From: Candidatus Amesbacteria bacterium GW2011_GWB1_47_19 | GTDB lineage: Bacteria; Patescibacteriota; Microgenomatia; CAZETR01; Amesbacteraceae | DNA length: 42,362 nt | Direction: 5' to 3' | NCBI GenBank assembly: GCA_001002325.1 | Contig: LCNZ01000006.1 | Span: forward strand, 66,130-108,491 | Shown here: positions 1-8,740 of the stretch, one piece after another | Position numbering within the stretch: position 1 is the stretch's first letter | Layout of the letters: each line of letters opens with the position of its first letter | Notes under the pieces: model-generated | Databases searched by the model: none | What the model was told of the DNA's origin: nothing | The model's input: only the letters and a program-made list of their open reading frames with translations | Position numbers and translations under genes: made by a program

Positions 1-326
1 TGTCCATTGTCGGTACAGTTACCGTCCAATACTTGGAACGTTCCCTGGCTGAGATTGATTTTACATGTACCCACCAAGGCCACGAATATCCGGCGTCCGC
101 TACTACCAATCATATCCGCTGATTTACCTTTGGGAACACCGATAATGTTCAGATTGTAGTGCGGGCCCGATGGGGCACCGTTTCCAGCAGCAGTAGCACT
201 GGTACCAAACCGGGTGTCCTGTGACTTGATAGCAATGATGGCCGTGATAGCTGCAAGAATAACCAACGCGGCCAAGGAAGCTAAAATATTATTTGCTGAA
301 GCGTTTATTTTTTTCTTACTTGCCAT
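1..326 (-). CDS. hypothetical secreted or membrane-anchored protein; N-terminal part only, the gene runs off the window start
   Basis: Absent from the supplied ORF track because it has no stop in the window. The minus-strand ATG at 326..324 has AGGAGGTG about 8 nt upstream, and the frame stays open to position 1. The translation starts MASKKKINASANNILASLAALVILAAITAIIAIKSQ, a basic N-terminus followed by a hydrophobic helix. Confidence 0.55.
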   Translation of the reverse strand, partial: MASKKKINASANNILASLAALVILAAITAIIAIKSQDTRFGTSATAAGNGAPSGPHYNLNIIGVPKGKSADMIGSSGRRIFVALVGTCKINLSQGTFQVLDGNCTDNG

Positions 327-354
327 GTCATATCACCTCCTTCCTGTATTCAAT

Positions 355-1773
355 TTACTTAACCCAAATCGTCAGGTCAATAGGATCCGGATCAAACGGC
401 CCAGAGACAGCGCAGGATAAAGTGTCTGCTATCTGACGGGTGGATGCAGCAAGGATGTACCTGCCGTCGGGAGTCCAGACTTTGAGGGGGGTGGAGTAGT
501 CCAGTCCCCCGCCCCAGGAATAGTAACTATAACCGAATCCGGTGTAACCGCAGTTGGACTGCATATTTCCGTCCACTTTAAACACCTGAAATCCCCGGTC
601 ATGGAATAGTATTTTTTGCCTCGAGGAATCAGGAAGCGGACTGGTAAGGGAAATTGATGTTTTGCGATCGGCGAAGAAAGGCTGTCCGGTCTTGTCTTCC
701 AGCCGCAGGATGTAAACCGGATTGTCGTCCAGACCGGGTGAATAGACCTCCTTTTTCAGGTTGTAATATACCAGCAGCCGGCTATCGGGACTGTAGGTTA
801 TTGCTTCACCGAACGAATAACTGCCGGAGCCTTCCGCGAGTGTCTGGAAGCTACCGTCCTGCCGGTCGTACAACACCAACTGGCTTAAGGAATTGTGAAA
901 AGCGATAAAACGTCCGTCCGTTGAATAAAGAGGTGGGTCGGGGAGCTGAGGACCCGCGGCAACCTCCCGGACGGGGCTGACTCCCTGAATCAGCTGAATG
1001 TTATTTTCCCCACCGTATTCAACTTCATACAGGTTGCCGTTTTGAACGTATGATACTTTGTTTTGGTTGGGGATAAAAACTATCTGCCCCATTTTGGTTC
1101 CTCCTATTGCCGGCAGGTCCATCACCCGTCGTTTATTGGTCATGTCAAAAAGGACACTGGAAACACCGTTGTTCCATACCGAGAGATACAAACTGTCCGA
1201 GGACCAGACCGGATAGCGGATGGATTGGGAATCCAGGCTGATAAACTCTGTGGCGGTTTTGTCCCTCAGGTCCATGACTTGCAGGCCTGTCGGAGGGTAG
1301 GTGTTTTCCCTACCGGGCGGGTTCCGGTCAGTATAGGTGAAAGCCAACCACTGCCGGTTCGGGGAAAGGGATAAATCAAGAATCCGGTATTTGGCATCCA
1401 AGAGAAGTGTTTTACGGGGACCCTGCAAGGTGAAATCAACCAGCCAGAGTCTGGTGCCGGAGGCGATAATCAGTTGGTGCCCTGCCAGGTTGGTCAGAGC
1501 CAGACGGCTGATTTTGCCGTCTGCGGGGGGCTGGACAGGTGATGGAGAAGGTGTGAGTGAGGGATGTTGAGCTACAGGTGTCGGTGAGGGGAGAGGACGG
1601 ACCGGATTTTGAGACCTGCGGCGCAATAAAGTCAATACCAGCAGCAGTAAAACCACCGGGAGCAGGGCAAGAATTATTATGACCGAAACCGGGATGCGTT
1701 TCTTTTCCGGGAGAGTGGCAATATTGCCATCCAGTTCCGGCGGGGGGGGGATCTTGGCAGGCAGGTGAGCCAT
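355..1773 (-). CDS. TolB-like (PD40/WD40-like) beta-propeller protein with an N-terminal TM anchor and a Pro/Ser-rich linker
   Basis: 472-aa ORF. It has a TM helix (VSVIIILALLPVVLLLLVLTLL) and a PSPTP-rich linker. It then shows repeated PD40-like units: SPNRQWLAF, STDGRFIAF, SPDSRLLVY and TPDGRYILA. Confidence 0.7.
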   Translation of the reverse strand: MAHLPAKIPPPPELDGNIATLPEKKRIPVSVIIILALLPVVLLLLVLTLLRRRSQNPVRPLPSPTPVAQHPSLTPSPSPVQPPADGKISRLALTNLAGHQLIIASGTRLWLVDFTLQGPRKTLLLDAKYRILDLSLSPNRQWLAFTYTDRNPPGRENTYPPTGLQVMDLRDKTATEFISLDSQSIRYPVWSSDSLYLSVWNNGVSSVLFDMTNKRRVMDLPAIGGTKMGQIVFIPNQNKVSYVQNGNLYEVEYGGENNIQLIQGVSPVREVAAGPQLPDPPLYSTDGRFIAFHNSLSQLVLYDRQDGSFQTLAEGSGSYSFGEAITYSPDSRLLVYYNLKKEVYSPGLDDNPVYILRLEDKTGQPFFADRKTSISLTSPLPDSSRQKILFHDRGFQVFKVDGNMQSNCGYTGFGYSYYSWGGGLDYSTPLKVWTPDGRYILAASTRQIADTLSCAVSGPFDPDPIDLTIWVK

Positions 1774-1787
1774 CTTGTAAAATTATT

Positions 1788-2411
1788 CTACACTAATTTT
1801 TCACCCAGTGATGCAGGGACGAGGCTCATATCCCCGGCCGGATATGGTACCAGTAACCGGAGAAGGTTCGGGGAATAGGAAGAATTGTCGGCCCACAGGT
1901 CTTCATCCCGGGCTTTCAGGATAGCCGGCATCCGGTCGTGAATTTTGGCTACGACTGAATTAGCCGGAACGGTAATGATGGTATAGGTTTTGTGCTCCAT
2001 GCCTTCCGGGTCTTTCCAGATATCATATAAACCCGCAAAAACGAACCAGTCATGATTCTTTAATTTAACAAAGTATGGTTTTTTGGTATTTCCGGTACGC
2101 GCCCACTCGAAAAACCCGCTGGCAGGAATTAAACACCGCCGATTTTTAAGTAAGCCCCGGAAAGCGGGTTTGGAGGCCAGGCCTTCCACCCGGGCATTAA
2201 TCGTATGATAAGCGATGCGGGGGTCTTTAGCCCAATAGGGAATCAACCCCCAGCGCATATTTGCCACTTGCTTGGGGCTACTTTTAAAAACCACCGGCAT
2301 AAAGGATCCGGGAGTAACATGGTAGTTGGCCTGCAACTGATAATCGCGGTTGGTAATTTCCAGCCGGGAAAAAAAGTCCGCCGGGGGAATAAAACTGTAT
2401 CTGCCGCACAT
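1788..2411 (-). CDS. SOS response-associated peptidase (SRAP, YedK/HMCES family)
   Basis: 207 aa starting MCGRYSF, with the catalytic Cys2 typical of SRAP. It also has IPYWAKD, GFFEW and HDRMPAIL motifs. Confidence 0.85.
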   Translation of the reverse strand: MCGRYSFIPPADFFSRLEITNRDYQLQANYHVTPGSFMPVVFKSSPKQVANMRWGLIPYWAKDPRIAYHTINARVEGLASKPAFRGLLKNRRCLIPASGFFEWARTGNTKKPYFVKLKNHDWFVFAGLYDIWKDPEGMEHKTYTIITVPANSVVAKIHDRMPAILKARDEDLWADNSSYSPNLLRLLVPYPAGDMSLVPASLGEKLV

Positions 2412-2421
2412 GTTGCCCTCA

Positions 2422-3693
2422 TTATATAACCTGGTTGGAAAAGACCAGTTCCTCCAGTTCTTTGACTGAACCGAAGGCTACTCTGTCCGGAACCGCCGAG
2501 GAAGTACCCAGCATCCGGGCGGGAGTGATGACAAAATTGCCCCAGCGGCTGTTGATTTTGTCTAAAGCTTTCGTCAGACAGTGTTTACGCCGCATATCTT
2601 CCAGAAAAGTCAGCTGCAGAGTATTTGCCTGTTCCAGATTGAAACAGGAAACCGATAAGGTGTGGACCGGCCGGCGGTAAGGTGAACGACAGAGCAGCCG
2701 GTAGGCGATTTTGTAAATATCCCGGCCGTCAAACAGTCGCTCCGGGCGGGTCTCCCCTTTGTGCCAATACGACCAGTCGCGATAGAGAAGGGATACGTGG
2801 ACTCCACCGGCCCGGTAGCCGCCACGGCGTAAGCGGAAAGACATTTTTTCCACCAGCTTGTGAAGAAGCGGCGAAAGCTCTTCCGGGGTAACCAAAGGCC
2901 GGGGCAGGGAATAACTATTGCCGTAACTGCTTCTGGCAAAAACGACATCGTCCGGCTCGTAACCCCGCAATCTCAGGTACCAGTAATACGCCACCACCGA
3001 GCGGAAAGCGGATTTGAGAATGCCTGCCGAGCTCTGATAAAAATCCCAGACCGAAAAAATACCTGAAGAATTGAGCCGGACGGCATTGTTGGCTTTGATG
3101 CCGCACAGATCCGTCAAAGACAAAGACCGGTAAATGTCCGTGAAATTGGCAAGACTGATTTCGTCCAAACCGTCCGGTTTGTGCAGGCCGGCGGCCGTTT
3201 TGGCCAGAAAACGGTTGGGGGCAATACCGACCGAGACTGTCAGCCAATCCCCGATTTCGGTTTTTATCCGGGACTTGATCTGCTGGGCAACTTCCCGTAT
3301 TCCCAAGCGGTGAAAAGCCGGGGTACCCTCCAGATCCAGGACAAATTCATCAATGGATTTGGGAGTGTTTTTGTCGGTGTAAGTACCTAAGAGCCGTTTT
3401 AACTGAAGGTGAACGGCCCGGTATTTGGCGGGGTCCGGCGGTAAAACCACCAGTCCCGGGCAGAGCATCCGGCCGTCCCTGACCCGCAGCCCCACTTTTA
3501 TACCCAGTCTTTTGGCCTCTACCGAAGGGGCCACAATGCAACCGGAGGGAGAGGTATAGGCGGCTACGGCTATGGGTTTGCCGCGGAGAAAGGGATTGGC
3601 CTGCTGTTCAATGGTGGCGAAACAGGAGTTGAGATCCAGGTGAAGAATAGTCGGGGGTTTGGGGTTAAAAGGCAGGTCAAACAACTTCTCCAT
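2422..3693 (-). CDS. Y-family translesion DNA polymerase (DinB/UmuC-like)
   Basis: 423 aa. It has the motif I-like HLDLNSCFATIEQ and the motif III-like SIDEFVLDL. Length and layout fit a Y-family polymerase. Confidence 0.85.
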   Translation of the reverse strand: MEKLFDLPFNPKPPTILHLDLNSCFATIEQQANPFLRGKPIAVAAYTSPSGCIVAPSVEAKRLGIKVGLRVRDGRMLCPGLVVLPPDPAKYRAVHLQLKRLLGTYTDKNTPKSIDEFVLDLEGTPAFHRLGIREVAQQIKSRIKTEIGDWLTVSVGIAPNRFLAKTAAGLHKPDGLDEISLANFTDIYRSLSLTDLCGIKANNAVRLNSSGIFSVWDFYQSSAGILKSAFRSVVAYYWYLRLRGYEPDDVVFARSSYGNSYSLPRPLVTPEELSPLLHKLVEKMSFRLRRGGYRAGGVHVSLLYRDWSYWHKGETRPERLFDGRDIYKIAYRLLCRSPYRRPVHTLSVSCFNLEQANTLQLTFLEDMRRKHCLTKALDKINSRWGNFVITPARMLGTSSAVPDRVAFGSVKELEELVFSNQVI

Positions 3694-3937
3694 CGGATAT
3701 TTCCTCCAGCTGCCAGTGCAGGTTGTCGGTATTTAAAACCAGACGAAAAAACAAAGTGTCCGAAGCGACGGAAAAGACGTGATACAGCGTCCGGCCTTCG
3801 CGATAGACATGGTGAAAACCGATACGACGGATCAGATGATTCCGGCCTTCAAAGATCAGGCGTACCGGAAGGACAGTCCGGGTGTGATGATTGAAAGACA
3901 GGTCCACGGAGACCGGAACGGAGATTTTTTGGATCAT
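3677..3937 (-). CDS. small uncharacterised protein translationally coupled to the Y-family polymerase
   Basis: The ORF overlaps the polymerase start by 17 nt (3677..3693). The track starts it at TTG 3943, but ATG 3937 is more likely. I recognise no family motif. The sequence looks beta-rich (VSVDLSFNHHTRTVLPVRLIFEG, LYHVFSVASDTLFFRLVLN). Confidence 0.55.
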   Translation of the reverse strand: MIQKISVPVSVDLSFNHHTRTVLPVRLIFEGRNHLIRRIGFHHVYREGRTLYHVFSVASDTLFFRLVLNTDNLHWQLEEISDGEVV

Positions 3938-3946
3938 TGCCAACTT

Positions 3947-3975
3947 AATGTATACCGAATATTACCCGAAGTCAA
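3947..3975 (-). promoter_or_regulatory. candidate sigma70-type promoter for the small-ORF/polymerase/SRAP transcription unit
   Basis: The minus strand reads TTGACT-N17-TACATT, and the -10 ends 9 nt before ATG 3937. The spacer contains the direct repeat TTCGGGTA-ATA-TTCGGTA. Confidence 0.3.
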
Positions 3976-3998
3976 TAAGCCCGCGGGCCGGTAAGTGG

Positions 3999-4574
3999 CT
4001 AATTAGTAACCAGACGCAGAATTTGGACCAACCGGGTTTGGTGGGTGCTGATGAAGTAAAACAGATAAATCAAAATCCCGGGAAAAACCACGAATTTTTC
4101 AAACCAGTGCCCGGTCTTGATTCTCCAGGAAGAAACAGGGGGGAAACCGATTTTGAAATTAAACGGAAATAACAGAGGCAGACCCTCTTCGGTTAAGCCG
4201 TCGGCTACCAGATGTGAAATAATACCAGTCATCACGGCGGCCAGAACCACCCGGGAATCAATATAAACGGCGTTGAGAAATTTGGGTAAGAGCCAGCTTA
4301 ATCCCTGATAAAAAATGTATATGCCCAGAAGGGAGTGGGACAGGGAGCGGTGGCCTAAGAATAAGCGCCGGAAAATTTTTCCCAGGAAGTCTCCCCCGGG
4401 AAGCAGGTTCCAGAGACGGTTTGTACCCTGATCCATATCCGGCGCCAGTGATCCGACGACACAAGCCACCATAGCGGCAAAAAGAGTAGCCAGATTGAGG
4501 TGCTGCGGGGGATAATAAACCGAGACGGTAACGAGGGAAGCCAGAGCAAAAATATCGTGGGTGCGGGCAGTCAT
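3999..4574 (-). CDS. YdjM-family membrane-bound metal-dependent hydrolase (PF04307-like)
   Basis: 191 aa and multi-TM. It has GHRSLSHSLLG and ISHLVADGLTEEGLPLLFP motifs, as in YdjM/DUF457. Its start codon overlaps the upstream stop (TGATG at 4574). Confidence 0.7.
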   Translation of the reverse strand: MTARTHDIFALASLVTVSVYYPPQHLNLATLFAAMVACVVGSLAPDMDQGTNRLWNLLPGGDFLGKIFRRLFLGHRSLSHSLLGIYIFYQGLSWLLPKFLNAVYIDSRVVLAAVMTGIISHLVADGLTEEGLPLLFPFNFKIGFPPVSSWRIKTGHWFEKFVVFPGILIYLFYFISTHQTRLVQILRLVTN

Positions 4575-5875
4575 CAGCCGAGAGAAAATTCCTCCGAATG
4601 AATATGACTGTTCGGGATATGTAGTTTGCGGAATTGATTGCGAAGACCGGTCATCATGGTCGGAGGTCCACAGAGAAAAATTTCCCGATCAGTCAAATCC
4701 GGTAGCCGGGAGGCGATAATTTCCCCTGTTAGGCGACCCTTTTTTGAAGTTTCGTGAAGCTGAAAATTGAAACCGGGAGTGGTGTCAGCTATTTTGGACA
4801 ATAAATCAGAATATACCGCCTCTGACTTGCCTTTGACACTGTAATAAAAATCCACCTGCAAGCCCGGTCGGGTATCCAAGGCAGCGGCCATACTTACAAA
4901 AGGCGTGATTCCGATACCACCTGCTATCCAGAGTTGTTTCGGGTGCGGAAAATATTCGTAACTGAAGCGACCAAAGGGGCCTTCAACCAAAACCGGATTA
5001 TCTGGCCGGAGAAGATTTAAAGTCGCGGTGAAATCCCCTACCTGTTTGGCTGCGACCGTCAATATTTGTTTTCCGGGAACTGACGTCAGGGAAAACGGAT
5101 GAGATTGGCGCATTATCCCCTGAACTAGGGGGGTGATGAAAATGAACTGTCCTGGGGAAAAAGCCAAGTCTTTGGAGTTTCGGGGAATTAGGGAAATTTC
5201 CAGAGTATCGGGCGAGAGAGCCCGGACGACCGACACGGTGTATGCCAATTTGCGAATCAGATAACGTCCCAGCAGGGTGTGGTAGATAAAACAGCCAGCG
5301 GCCAAACCGGTAAGAAGCAGCATATAAATTTTCAGGGGGGGGCTGGCAGCCAGGGTACTGCCAATAAGAAAAACATGCAGTGAAGCCAGGAATAAGGCCA
5401 GTCCCAGGTATTTATGGGTCTTTTTCCAAAAATCGTATTCCAATTTGACATACAAAGTCAGCACCATCAGGATGATGAACAACGACATGGCAGCTATTCC
5501 GAAATAAACAGGCAGGTTACTAACGGATGGCCAGATAAAATCTACCGCAGCCTTCAGGGAAATATTCAGGTAACTGACGGTGATCATCAGAGGATGAAAC
5601 AGAAGTAGGATTAATCCCGCAGCACCTACCAGGTGATGAAAAACATATACCCGGTTGAGACCCGAAAACAATGGTTCTAGAATTTTGATCCGGGTGGAGA
5701 GGATGAAATTTAGACAAAAAAGGGAATAGCCGGTAAGGGCGGCGATTTGACCCAGACTCAGCCAAAAAGCAGAGGCGGGGGAAAAGTCGGCAAACTGCCA
5801 CCACAATACAGCCGGTACCAACGCCAACAAAATGACGATTGACGGACCGGAAGAGGACACTAATCGATTGTTCAT
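4574..5875 (-). CDS. ferric-reductase/NADPH-oxidase-like flavocytochrome (6-TM bis-heme domain plus FAD/NAD(P)H dehydrogenase domain)
   Basis: 433 aa. His pairs in TM helices (FHHLVGAAGLILLLFH and THKYLGLALFLASLH) fit bis-heme ligation. HPFSLTS fits the FAD motif, GGIGITPF the NAD(P)H motif, and CGPP is the C-terminal motif. Confidence 0.75.
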   Translation of the reverse strand: MNNRLVSSSGPSIVILLALVPAVLWWQFADFSPASAFWLSLGQIAALTGYSLFCLNFILSTRIKILEPLFSGLNRVYVFHHLVGAAGLILLLFHPLMITVSYLNISLKAAVDFIWPSVSNLPVYFGIAAMSLFIILMVLTLYVKLEYDFWKKTHKYLGLALFLASLHVFLIGSTLAASPPLKIYMLLLTGLAAGCFIYHTLLGRYLIRKLAYTVSVVRALSPDTLEISLIPRNSKDLAFSPGQFIFITPLVQGIMRQSHPFSLTSVPGKQILTVAAKQVGDFTATLNLLRPDNPVLVEGPFGRFSYEYFPHPKQLWIAGGIGITPFVSMAAALDTRPGLQVDFYYSVKGKSEAVYSDLLSKIADTTPGFNFQLHETSKKGRLTGEIIASRLPDLTDREIFLCGPPTMMTGLRNQFRKLHIPNSHIHSEEFSLG

Positions 5876-6048
5876 GATTGCGTGTCTATATTATATGTGA
5901 AAATATAAATCCAGGTGTTAAAAATACTATAGGGATTTCCAGCTTCACAAGAGGACCTCTTTTGAGGTTGTTTGGGGATATACATTTATTAAACCGATCC
6001 ATTCTCTTATACTTCTTATTTAGCAACCCCTTGAATCCAGACTAATAT

Positions 6049-7488
6049 ATGTTTTCCAAACGCGGCTGGTCTTCTTTTTTGATACTTATTCCATTAATTT
6101 ACGTCTTTGTCTCATCTTTGTACCCGGCTACCGACTTTGACTTGGGTTGGCATCTTAAATACGGTGAGTATTTCTTTAATAACGGGGTCATCCTGAGAGA
6201 AAATGTTTTCTCTTCTGCCCTACCTCAATATAAATGGGTGAACATCTCCTGGGGTATTGATCTCGTTGAGTATCTGATTTTTTCCCGTTTCGGATTTATC
6301 GGACTGAGTTTACTGGCTGCCTCAGCTATCACTCTGGCAATTCTGCTAGTGATACGCACTTCTCACGCCGGTCTCTGGGAACTTCTGATTCTCCTCCCAT
6401 TCTTTGTCTGGGTCAACAAATCGCTTTTCCAGACCTCATTTCGGGGGCATGTTTTAAGTACGCTCTATTTCTCCCTGCTGCTTTATATTCTTAATTTGTT
6501 CTCTTCCAATCCACGTTTGGCGCTGTATATCCTGCCGGCTCTTTTTGTTGTCTGGGCGAACACTAACGGCTCCTTTATCCTGGGGTTGCTTCTCACAGGG
6601 ATCTGGTTGGGTTCATCGTTTTTTACCAAGGCTACACACCGCCGTTATCTGGCTTCAGGATTATTGTTGGCAATATTATTTACGCCAATTCATCCTTTTG
6701 GTTTAGGAATATTCAAAGAATCACTACGTCATGCTCATAATTCAGACTTAGCCAAAATCGCGGAATGGAGCAGCCCCCTGGTAAATCGCAACGGTTCTGG
6801 ACCCATTGCCTGGCAGATTGCCTTGTATCTGGCCTGTTTGGCCTTGATCATCACCCGCCGGCATACTTTCCAGCTCCAAATATTTATTTTATCCCTGACT
6901 CTCTCTGTATTGTCCTGGGCAGCTATGCGATACATTACTCCTTTAACCATTATCTCCTTCCCCCTGCTTGTCTACCTGCTCAAATCAATCCGCCCGCCTT
7001 CCCATATGTTAGTCAGCGTTTTGCTTGTAAGTATCTTCACACTACTAATCTTAATGCGAATAATCCAGTTTTCGCAACAGAATAACTTTTACTCTATGAA
7101 CTGGAATCTTTATTGCAGTGTATACAACTCATGTTCTCCGGCCGGGGCTGAATTTATTATTGCCCATAGCTTGAATAAACCGGATCTTCTCACGGCATAT
7201 GAATTCGGAGGATGGTTAATTTGGAATTATCCTCAAATCAAACCTTATATTGACGGCCGCATGCATATCTGGTCCCAAAACGACTTTTCTCCGTTCGCCT
7301 ATTATTACTCTGTATCGGAATCGGGTGAACAAGATATTAATGACAGTCAATTTAATACTGTTTTCATTTCCAAAGACACACATTTATACTTTGAGTTGGA
7401 GCGAAGATCAAAAACCGGCTCGTGGAAAAAAATATTTGAAGATGCTACCACGGCAATCTTTGTCCGCAAGTTTGTTAGTCATTATTAA
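6049..7488 (+). CDS. polytopic membrane protein, possibly a GT-C-type glycosyltransferase, with a C-terminal soluble domain
   Basis: 479 aa with about 10-12 hydrophobic helices followed by a non-hydrophobic tail. I see no diagnostic catalytic motif. Its last 159 nt are duplicated at 23985..24143. Confidence 0.75.
   Translation: MFSKRGWSSFLILIPLIYVFVSSLYPATDFDLGWHLKYGEYFFNNGVILRENVFSSALPQYKWVNISWGIDLVEYLIFSRFGFIGLSLLAASAITLAILLVIRTSHAGLWELLILLPFFVWVNKSLFQTSFRGHVLSTLYFSLLLYILNLFSSNPRLALYILPALFVVWANTNGSFILGLLLTGIWLGSSFFTKATHRRYLASGLLLAILFTPIHPFGLGIFKESLRHAHNSDLAKIAEWSSPLVNRNGSGPIAWQIALYLACLALIITRRHTFQLQIFILSLTLSVLSWAAMRYITPLTIISFPLLVYLLKSIRPPSHMLVSVLLVSIFTLLILMRIIQFSQQNNFYSMNWNLYCSVYNSCSPAGAEFIIAHSLNKPDLLTAYEFGGWLIWNYPQIKPYIDGRMHIWSQNDFSPFAYYYSVSESGEQDINDSQFNTVFISKDTHLYFELERRSKTGSWKKIFEDATTAIFVRKFVSHY
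7318..7476 (+). repeat. direct repeat copy 1 (3' end of the 6049..7488 gene); the partner is at 23985..24143
   Basis: The 159-nt hand alignment has 6 mismatches and no indels. Confidence 0.9.
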
Positions 7489-7542
7489 TCAAAAAAACTT
7501 CCCCCAAAAGCCTTGCTTCCAGAAGCAGATCAGTTTATAAGC

Positions 7543-8616
7543 TTACTGGGAAGCCAGGCTTGCAACTTCGGTAGCAGAAAGCGCACGTTGATAAATCACA
7601 ACCTCATCAATTTTTCCGTTCCAAACACTGTAATTATTGGGGTTAGCCCCTACCAATACATTGTAGTTACTTTGCGTAATATTTCCTGTTTTGTTCATGC
7701 TCCCAACCTGCACGCCGTTTTGATAAATCCGCATTTTTGAGCCATCATAAACCGCTGCTATATGCACCCACTGGTTAGTAGGTAAATTCGGGCTGGCACC
7801 CAAAGTAGAGGTACTACTGCCGGTTTTTAAACGAAATCTTAGTCTTGAGCCACTTAAACTAATCATCCAGTAGTGTTGGCTGGTTGAATTTCCTGATGCC
7901 TTTGAAATAATCCTGTCATCGTCGATATACCCGTATGAGTATACCCAAGTAGAAATCGTCAGCTTGTTACCGACAACATCCACATCACCCAAGTTTACAT
8001 TGTCATTGATAGCATCATATGAAAGTGCATTACCACTTTTACCGGTCGTCCAAGTTGCACCGCTAATAGTGCCGTTGTGCGTACCCACACGGTCATCGGT
8101 TACAGAACCGCTTCCTTCTTCAAAACTGTATGCTGCCACAGCTCCCAATAATTCAGTCGCTGAAATTACTTTGGTTTCGGTGTCTATGGCGCCGCTGCCG
8201 TCAGTAACTGTTAAGGTAACTGTAAAGTCGTTTGTGCTAGTAAATACATGACTTGTTGTTACACCTGAACCTGTAGTTGTATCTCCAAAATCCCAAGCAT
8301 AATCCGCCAATACTCCTTCTATATCGCTTGAAGCCGAAGCATCAAAGTTAACAGTCAAAGGAATTTGCCCTGAGGCAGGAGACGCTGTAAAACTTGCGGC
8401 AGGCAGATCATTGACTGGATTTACGGTTATACTCACAGTTGCTGTATTGCTGTCTAATTGACCATCGTTGGCTTTGTAGGTAAAACTATCTGAACCGTTA
8501 AAGTTGGCGTTGGGAGTGTAGGTGGCGTTAGCTCCAGCGATATTTACCGAGCCATTTGCGGGTTGCGCAACTACCGAATAAGTTACCGGTTCTCCTTCCT
8601 GGTCCGTGGCAGTCAA
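7543..8616 (-). CDS. C-terminal portion of the giant surface protein, read in a different frame: cadherin-like tandem repeat, PKD domain, LamG-like domain
   Basis: The 357-aa ORF contains a PKD-like stretch (FTASPASGQIPLTVNFDASASSDIEG, YAWDFGD, TVTLTVTD). It also has a LamG/Laminin_G_3-like stretch (LRFRLKTGSSTS, WVHIAAVYDGSKMRIYQNG, IDEVVIYQRAL). This frame is open upstream to about 8757 and overlaps the 8613..13271 ORF. Confidence 0.8.
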   Translation of the reverse strand: MTATDQEGEPVTYSVVAQPANGSVNIAGANATYTPNANFNGSDSFTYKANDGQLDSNTATVSITVNPVNDLPAASFTASPASGQIPLTVNFDASASSDIEGVLADYAWDFGDTTTGSGVTTSHVFTSTNDFTVTLTVTDGSGAIDTETKVISATELLGAVAAYSFEEGSGSVTDDRVGTHNGTISGATWTTGKSGNALSYDAINDNVNLGDVDVVGNKLTISTWVYSYGYIDDDRIISKASGNSTSQHYWMISLSGSRLRFRLKTGSSTSTLGASPNLPTNQWVHIAAVYDGSKMRIYQNGVQVGSMNKTGNITQSNYNVLVGANPNNYSVWNGKIDEVVIYQRALSATEVASLASQ

Positions 8617-8740
8617 AATAATCTGAACTGCCGTATCTTCATCAGTCGTTTTTTGTTGATTCTGGGCAACCGGCGCGTCATTGACTGAGTTGACGGTGAT
8701 ATCAACTGTTGCTGTGTTGCTGTCAAGCGTGCCATCGTTG
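8552..8740. repeat. 189-bp near-identical intragenic repeat, copy A (partner 9571..9759)
   Basis: Constant offset of 1019 nt and a single mismatch (8641 a versus 9660 g). Identity stops abruptly at 8740/9759. Confidence 0.9.

Noticed and set aside
654-3541. Many 60-130 aa ORFs in the track lie opposite or overlap the long minus-strand genes (for example 654..908, 1063..1374, 2435..2680, 2610..2948, 3181..3390).
   Set aside because: They sit entirely inside longer ORFs that carry clear family motifs. They have Arg/Pro/Gly-rich, low-information translations typical of shadow frames. The same reasoning applies to comparable short ORFs inside every large gene in the window.
7514-7527. The palindrome TGCTTCCAGAAGCA between the convergent genes 6049..7488 and 7543..8616, considered as a bidirectional terminator.
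   Set aside because: The stem is only 5-6 bp with a 2-4 nt loop and has no flanking T or A tracts. It is too weak to call.
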